Source of the DNA: Eledone cirrhosa
Taxonomy: Eukaryota
Direction: 5' to 3'
Assembly: GCA_964016885.1 (NCBI GenBank)
Contig: OZ024744.1
Coordinates: 59,954,001-60,018,000 of the forward strand
DNA: 64,000 nt
Below, in pieces: positions 56,537 to 64,000 of the stretch. Numbering within the stretch: position 1 is the first letter of the stretch; each line of letters begins with the position of its first letter. Both the position numbers and the translations under genes were made by a program. The notes below the pieces were generated by a model. The model made no database searches and had not been told where the DNA came from. It saw nothing but the letters and a program-made list of their open reading frames with translations.

Positions 56537-59225
56537 TTACGCTGATTTTATTTGCTGATCTGATGTCGGATTTCAACTAAACCACACAATCCTCCCATGC
56601 CTTAACTTTGGACGCCTTTACTGTATCTGCTGTGACTTTTCGCGTCCGCTTAAACCGCAAGTACACGAAGCCCCTTTCGAACGCAGTATTTAGCATCTGA
56701 AGCAGAAACCTCCGATCTAAGCAGTCTCCATTCCGTTGTAACGTCCTCGGTTTGCTTAGAGAGTTCTCTGAATTCGGACGCAATAGTGTCCGTAAACCAT
56801 TTCCTGACTTTCTTATTCGCCAAAGCTTCCCACATTATCCTGCAGTTTGACCTGGATCTACCAGTTTTGTGAATTTCCTTGGCTTCAGGTGTTGTCAAGT
56901 TTCAGTTAACTAGATGGGGATCAGTTACGGTTCCACGAACATCCAGCACAAAATTGAAGAGATCAGATACAATAACAACAATTGTTGATCAATTATTGAT
57001 CTGTGTCTCTGATTCTCCTTATACCATGTATATTTATGGATGTCTGTGCTAGAAGAAGGTATTCACAATAGAGAGCCTATTACTAAAACAGAAGCCTCAT
57101 AAGGCCTCCTCATTCGTATTTAGATCGGGATCACCGTTCCTTCCAATCACTCCTTTCCATGTCAGGTGGTCAATGCCAACATGTGTATACATTGAAATCT
57201 CTCATTCTTAACTACATCTAACGGTGCAGTGAATTCATCAAGTTTCCGACTCCTTGTTTGGTGCATAAACTTGCTCCACTCACAGAGACCTATCCTTCTT
57301 TCTAAGCTCCAAGAGCCAAGTACTCCCTCCTAATAGTATCTAATCTATAACACATTCTGATATCCGAGGGCTTCTGAGTATTTCCACGCCCACGCTATGC
57401 AGTCATTTCTGGCGCCACACCTGAATAGTAGAGTTTCCACCCTCCATCCTAATCTACAGCACCAGAGCCACAGATCTTTGTCGAGGAAACCCCGACTAGA
57501 TATAGTCGGTAGCATCTAGCCTTCTAGCAATAGTTCCTGCTCCTTACCTGTAAACGTTGTGATGTTCCAGGTTCCAATGACTACAGCTTGCTCGCTTCCG
57601 AACTCTCTTTGGTGTTTCGGGATACGCAATCTTTGTGCGTCCACTCCACGCCTCCCAGGTCAGGTCGCAGGCTCATCCCCAGTTTTTACAGCATAAGACT
57701 GCAATATATTGTTCGAACAGGCGCTTATAACTAAGGCGTGAACGCATCCCTTGTTAATCCACGAGGACAATGCGGTATGACTCATTTGTTGTGTCTAGCC
57801 ATTATACAGTGTTTTGTGGTCTTTCGCACCTGTCACGAATTTGGTAATTTTCTCAGGCTCACGAAGTTTAGGCTTTTTTCAGGCGACCTTTATTCGCCTC
57901 ATCGTAGTTACATCATTAGGTTGTGAGAGTTTTCGTGGGAGCTAAAGGTGTCGTCCATTCCACCATCTCTCCTAGTAGCTTACCGCTGTTGATCCGAGGT
58001 TGCTTATTCGTCAGATAGGTGCCCGCTTATATCGCAACTAACCATCATATCTGGTGACCAAATCACTATCCGTTCTGTAGCAGAATATATCTGCTGAGAA
58101 GAACAGTTTTGCCAAGAGAATACTTTGTTGATTCCGTAAACCTGATTACAGCATCTTCTGATGTATACGAGGTGCATCTGAAAGCGATGACTAATTTCTC
58201 AAAGGCTGAGGTAACCAGAGCAATTAAAGAGTTCAATTGGGGCAAGGCCTCTGAAGAGGATGAAAATCGGCCCGAGATGTTAAAAACCTGCCTGTTTGCC
58301 GTGTGGCCTGGATCTCTGGAAAGGATCCTAAGCAATGGCGGTCGGGAGTGATAATCTCAATTTTCAAAAAGGGAGACACGAGAGATTTCTTTAATTATAG
58401 TAGGATCGCCTTGTTAGGTCTCCCCGGTAAAGCCTATGCTAAATGTCTGGCAAAGAGATGTAACGACATTGTCGAGTCCAAACTAGCTGACGAAGAGTGT
58501 AGTTTTCGCCCCAGAGGCAGCACAGCAGACCAAATATTCACACTACGGCAGGTATCTGAGAAATGCCAAAAGGTGTATGACGACTGGCGCGTGTAGGACG
58601 AGTCGGCTGAAATGTGCAGACGACATGGTATTAATTAACTCGTTAGAAGATGATATCCGACATGCCTTTGATGTCAAGTGCTGCATGGCTGAAATGAAAA
58701 TCAGTGTTGCAAAGACTGAGACACTCGTCCTCTCAAGGAAACCTGCGCAGTGCACTCTACATATGAGTGCAGTTCCACAGAAGCGGGTGTGGAAGTTCAA
58801 ATATCTTGGGGCCGTGTTCACGTGTGATGGCAGGCAGGAGGCAGAATTAAGTTCAAGAATTGCAAGAGTGGGTGCAGCATTCAGCATTCAGTAATCAGAA
58901 GAATAGAGGGAGGTGTAAAATCCAAACTCTTTACCTTCAATTCGGTATTCGTGCCAACCCTTACCTATAGTCATGAATCTTGGGTAATGACTGAAAAAAA
59001 TACGATCGCGATTACAAATATCTGAATTGAGATACCTCCAAAGGTCTTTGGAGTAACATTGCTCGATAAAGTGCGTAAATTGGAGATCAGAGAGTCACTC
59101 CAGGTAGCGCCACTACTTATCCAAATTAATAGATCATAGTTCCAATACTTTAGGCATATGGTTAGAATGTCTCAGGAAAGAATCGCTGGACAGATTTTAC
59201 AGGCAAAACCATTTAGCAGGAGACA
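56537..59225. mobile_element. RTE-group LINE with inverted 5' half (putative UTR plus APE on -, 56537-58060; RT on +, 58105-59225)
   Basis: VIGTWNITTFTGKEQEL (-); WRSGVIISIFKKGD, FRPRGSTADQIF, KCADDMVL, FKYLG, VPTLTYSHESW (+). Confidence 0.8.
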
Positions 59226-59227
59226 GA

Positions 59228-61057
59228 GAAGGGCGACTCTATTTTCACTGATAAAATAGAATGTAACGGGGGTATATTTCAAGGAGACAGTCTCTCTGTG
59301 TTACTATTTATTGTCATTAAACCCTCTGTCCTTTCTGTTCAAGAAATGTGAAGGATACATAATTGACTCACAGGAGGACAGAAATACAAACCTAACCCAT
59401 AACTTTTTGTGGACGACCTGAACATAGATGGGATGAAGAAAAAACATTGACCTTTTTACAACGTTCTCGAAAGATATAGGAATGAAGTTTGGCCAAGATA
59501 AATGTTCCTATATGAATATATCCTATAATGGTATTTGTAATAAGGAACGTGTAACCAGATAATATTACACCAGATTAAGAAAGATATGGTCATCAGAACT
59601 CTCTGTGCACAGTAAAACAGTGGCTCACAATGTGTTTGCTGTGTCTGTCCTAACACCAACGTTTGGAATACACGAGTGGACGATAGACGAAATCTGAGCA
59701 ATTGATGTTAAAACTCGAAAACTTCTAAACATCATAAACTTCCACATCAACAGTGACATAGACCGCCTCTACTTGAAACGTAAGCAGGGAGGCAGAGGCC
59801 CAACATCAGTCCAGACAACATTTGAGTGTCACATTACATCCCTTCGACATCTACGAACCACCAAGTATAAGAGCCCATCTATTGTGTAAGTCTGTCTGCA
59901 CGAGAAAGAGATCATGAGAGTTGGAAAGGAACAGCTTGAGAAATACTCCCTGTGTGATAATCAAAAACTCACACCCAGGGAAATTGCCCAGCAGTACCGC
60001 AGTGAATCCATGAGTGAAAAGCTGCATGCTTATCAGCAAAAAAATCATGCATGGGTATGTTGCTAAGAAGCTCCAGAGTGAGAGTAATATAGATAAGGAA
60101 AGTAGTCTATCTTGGACCAACAATCGCTATATTGGCTCTCACTTTGAAGGATATGCTTTTGCAATCTAAGAACAGGAAATCAACACGAAATACCTGATTC
60201 ACAAAAGAGACAGGAATGCAGGCAAAACACCTAGATGTGACAAGTGCAGACTCTGCAGATTTAACATCGAAGATGTCACCCCTGTCATAAGCAGCTGCCC
60301 AAAGATGTCATCACAGTACTATCTACCTATGAGGCATGGTGTGGTGGCCAAAACTCTGTACAATGCAATTTATAGAAAAGATAGCCCCGATAATAAACAC
60401 GTTAAAAGCTACAGCACTGTGGAAGACATACACATACATAATATGAAAGAGTACTGGTGGAATGTTCCAATAAAAAAACCCAATAAAATGCAGGTATAAC
60501 AGACCAGATATAATGATATGGGACAGGGAAAAGAAGGCATGCATGGAGGTGAAAGTTAGCTGCCCAGCAGATGCCAATATAATATCAAAGATTAGCGAAG
60601 AAGAGAATATCTATGCAGAACTAATGAGAAATCTGCAGATACTCCACCCTGACTATACCTTCAGATTTATGCCTGTGATTATTAGGGCACTGGGATATGT
60701 TAGTAACTGCCTCAGTACAAATCTTGAGAAACTGGGCTTCACACAAACAGAAAGAACATGACTAGTTAGGAAATTACAAGTACAATCCATTAATGGAACA
60801 GTAAAAATATGTAAAACATTTCACAAATTCTGCATGTACACATGTATAGATACAAAACATATGCACATGTACACGTAAAACACAAAACATACAGATCCAC
60901 ACATACAATGACATCCATACCTGCACGTACGCACACACACACACGCATGCAATGCAAACATACATATCTACATAGTTGATGTTGTCTAAATTCCAATGAG
61001 AAACCTGTTAGAAACCAGCTCTCTTTCTATTGGTGAAAGATAATAAAGCCGGAAGAA
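59228..61057 (+). mobile_element. R4/Dong family B, 5'-truncated, decayed, ends in (CA)n
   Basis: GVYFKGDSLS-like, FVDDL, IWSSELS, CRLC, YYLPMRH, RPDIMIWD...EVKVSCP. Confidence 0.88.
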
Positions 61058-61076
61058 CACACACACGCACACACAA

Positions 61077-61189
<113 letters not shown>

Positions 61190-61520
61190 TACAAGATATA
61201 TATAGGACAGATTTCTGCAGTTTCTGTCTACCAAATTTCACTCACAAAGCCTAGGTCAACCCCAGGCACATATAGCAAAGACTTGCCCAAAATATCAAGC
61301 AATGGAATTGAGACCGAAACCATATAGATGTCCGTATGGTATTTATTTAATTATCAAGGGTTGCTGACCTTTTGATACTAGTGTTGTCGAAAAGAGAAAA
61401 AATACTGACATGGACCGCTGATGTTTCCTTCTTTTACAGTTTATTTATTTTTATTTTTTTATTTTGTGTATATATGTGCGAATGTGTGTATATATATGTG
61501 TATATGTGTATGTCTATGAA

Positions 61521-61690
61521 TAATTGTTTCTACATTTGGCACAAGGCCAGCAATTACTCCAGTGCATTACTGGTACTTTATTTTATCGACCCTGTAAGGA
61601 TGAAAGGCAAAACTAACCTCGGCGGAATTTGAACTCAGAACGTAAAGGGCCATAATTCTATGCTGCAAACCATGGTGTCTGACGCTCTAT
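61521..61690 (-). mobile_element. SINE family 1
   Basis: Consensus match. Confidence 0.85.
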
Positions 61691-62071
61691 GGGTAATATA
61701 AGTGTTTAGCACAAAGCGAGAGACTGAATATAGACTCGTGTGGATAAAGCAGATTCATTAGAGCGTAGGACACAATGCCTTGCGGTAATTCTTCGGGTTC
61801 TCCGATTTCCGAGTACAAATCCCAACGAGGTCGCCGTTCGCTTTTCATCCATCGGTAAGATAAAATAAAGAACCAGTCTATGGCGACGGATTGGCAGAAA
61901 TGTTAGAGCAATGAACGAGATGCTTTGCGGTGCTTGCGCCAACATTCTTGTGTTCTACGTTCTGTAGTTGCCCTATTTAACAGCACCACTTGATCTTTAG
62001 ATACTGTTAGCGGGACCACGCGGACTCTCCCCCTCCCCTTACACCAATCTCTGAGACCCTAAATACATTAA

Positions 62072-62301
62072 ACCTTTTGCTACTAAAATTCTGAAATTAC
62101 TCATGAACCCATATTTTAAAATGTTTGTATTCACTTAAAAACCTTCCATTCAACTCTATGTGAAACCTCTGTTAAGTTATGTTCCAAACAACTTAATAAT
62201 GAGAAAGTTAGTTATACGGTATTATTACATCCCAGTCAAATTCTTCACTATTTTCAAAATTATAGGTAGTGTATTTCCTTTGACATAAGGTAACAAAGGG
62301 G
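62072..62301. mobile_element. piggyBac-like MITE
   Basis: TTAA|accttttgctac ... gtaacaaagggg|TTAA. Confidence 0.6.
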
Positions 62302-62456
62302 TTAAAGAGTCATCGTCACTGCCTTTCACTCCCTGGCTGAACGATACATTTTGAAAATGTCCATGAATTATAATCATACTTCTACGAAATTTAAAGAAAA
62401 TATACAACCAAAAGTAAACAGAGTGCAAATATCTGCATGTTTCAAAGAGTCCTCAT

Positions 62457-62496
<40 letters not shown>

Positions 62497-62499
<3 letters not shown>

Positions 62500-63878
62500 A
62501 ACGAGTAGGACCCCGACGGCTGAGCTCAAGCCGTTTCGACGGCTAATTCTGGACTAAATGAAAATTTTTATCCTGGTATTTGAATAGCCGAGCTTCTCAA
62601 GGGGTAATTCCATATATGGTAAAAGTGATTGTCACAAGCATTGGTTAAAAGTTTGTTGTTGAGACATAATAATTCTATGATGGCAATTTGTGGAGGGAAG
62701 GGGTAGCTGAACCTGCCAGTAGGAGAAAGCGGAAGAGGGGTGGAGGAGACCCAGCCATGCGTTGATAGTGCCGACTACAGCTGGGCATGAGGTCAGAGAG
62801 GATACTAGGGAGGGGGAGGAAGTCGAAACAATAAGTAGAACAATATGGGGTAAATATATAGAAAAATACCGAGAGTGTTAAAAAGCAATTAAATGTAAAA
62901 AAAATAAACAATTTCTGGTTACTACGACCTAAGTCTCTCACTGGTACTGCTAGACTAAAGAAAGGTTTACTAGGTGGGACGGAATTATAATGAGACCCTT
63001 TTAAGAGGTATAAGTAATAAACCGAGTATATCTTACGGTGACGGGTCAACAAGTGAGGGGCCAAAATACTAAAGAAACTACCACGAAATAATAAATAAAG
63101 GTTTGTACCCCAGGCACAAGGCCAGCAACCACCTAGTGCAAAAAAGTAAACTAATACGAAATAATAATTCAGAGTCCCGAAAAAGAATACTAATACTATC
63201 TCTAAGGGTGCCGCCACGATACAAAAGTTCTAGTGCAAGCTACATAAAAGCTCGTACGAAGTAAATGTAAAATTTGATACGGAAAATTAATTCAGAATCC
63301 CCCCCCCCCCCCAAACAAAATACTGATATACGAGAAATTAAAGCAAAGATATTACTAAGAAATATAGAAAGCACGGAAAAAGGGCAGCGGTCGGATAAGA
63401 GGGCAAGTATCCGGGGTCTAACACATCTGCTATGAAAGCGGAGTCGGCCAAATCTATCATAGAATAGGGGAAGGGGGTGAGGGTACTGAGGCTACAAAGG
63501 ACCGAGGGGCTGCCTCGGGTGGGCGAGAAAAAGACGACGACAAAGAAAGAGAACTGGGGTGGAAGGACTAGGGAGGGATGGGAGGAAGAAGGAAATATAG
63601 AGGAAGCGAATTGCTATCATAGAATTATTATGTCTCAACAACAAACTTTTGACCAATCCTTGTGACAATCACTTTTACCATATATGGAATTACCCCTTGA
63701 GAAGCTCGGCTATTCAAATATCAGGATAAAAATGTTCATTTAGTCCAGAATTAGCCGTCCAAACGGCTTGAGCTCAGCCGTTGGGGTCCTACTCGTTCCT
63801 ATTACCAACTCTACTACCCTAAGTATTGAGTACTCTGGTGCGTTATGGTTCATCTGGTTCCTTACCACATTTCCTCCG

Positions 63879-63880
<2 letters not shown>
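62497..63880. mobile_element. Non-coding element with ~190 bp inverted repeats carrying hammerheads (Penelope-like/retrozyme-like), inside (TA)n
   Basis: 62497-62688 is the reverse complement of 63610-63801; related fragment at 21823-21960. Confidence 0.75.
62510..62605 (-). ncRNA. Type I hammerhead ribozyme, U3-A8 core variant
   Basis: acccc-TTGAGAA-g..cggcta/tagccg..c-GAAA-cggct/agccg-TC-ggggt. Confidence 0.75.
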
Positions 63881-63936
<56 letters not shown>

Positions 63937-64000
63937 CGACCAAAAGTTAAACAAGACTGGAATTGAACCATCAGCACAGTTGAGGTATGTCACACATCAA

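Noticed and set aside
62675-63217. 180 aa hydrophobic ORF
   Set aside because: Low-complexity, no motifs, lies inside an inverted-repeat element.

Overview
Repeat-saturated, AT-rich eukaryotic (animal) DNA with no recognisable intact host gene. The tRNA-SINE families resemble those I recall from octopod cephalopods (inference, not checked). Most ORFs in the track are microsatellite translation artefacts. The real coding remnants are retroelements: R4/Dong-clade (RT plus restriction-like endonuclease), RTE, Tx1/L1 and Penelope (RT plus GIY-YIG). There are also Helitron, Tc1/pogo, hAT and piggyBac-type non-autonomous DNA elements. The most striking structure is a ~12 kb (TATG)n tract (4053-15978) hosting two unrelated retroelements with strict opposite polarity: four 5'-truncated R4/Dong copies, all on the minus strand and ending in (ACAT)n, and four copies of a ~600 bp non-autonomous bipartite RTE derivative, all on the plus strand and ending in (ATGT)n. 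They repeatedly sit tail-to-tail, and a different pair of families repeats the arrangement at 30.3-31.4 kb. Other highlights are a conserved multi-stem RNA leader in the RTE derivatives, Tx1 elements stacked in (ATT)n, and about eleven hammerhead-ribozyme-like motifs, including an apparently intact variant with a compensatory U3-A8 core. All folding and alignment was done by eye and boundaries are approximate.
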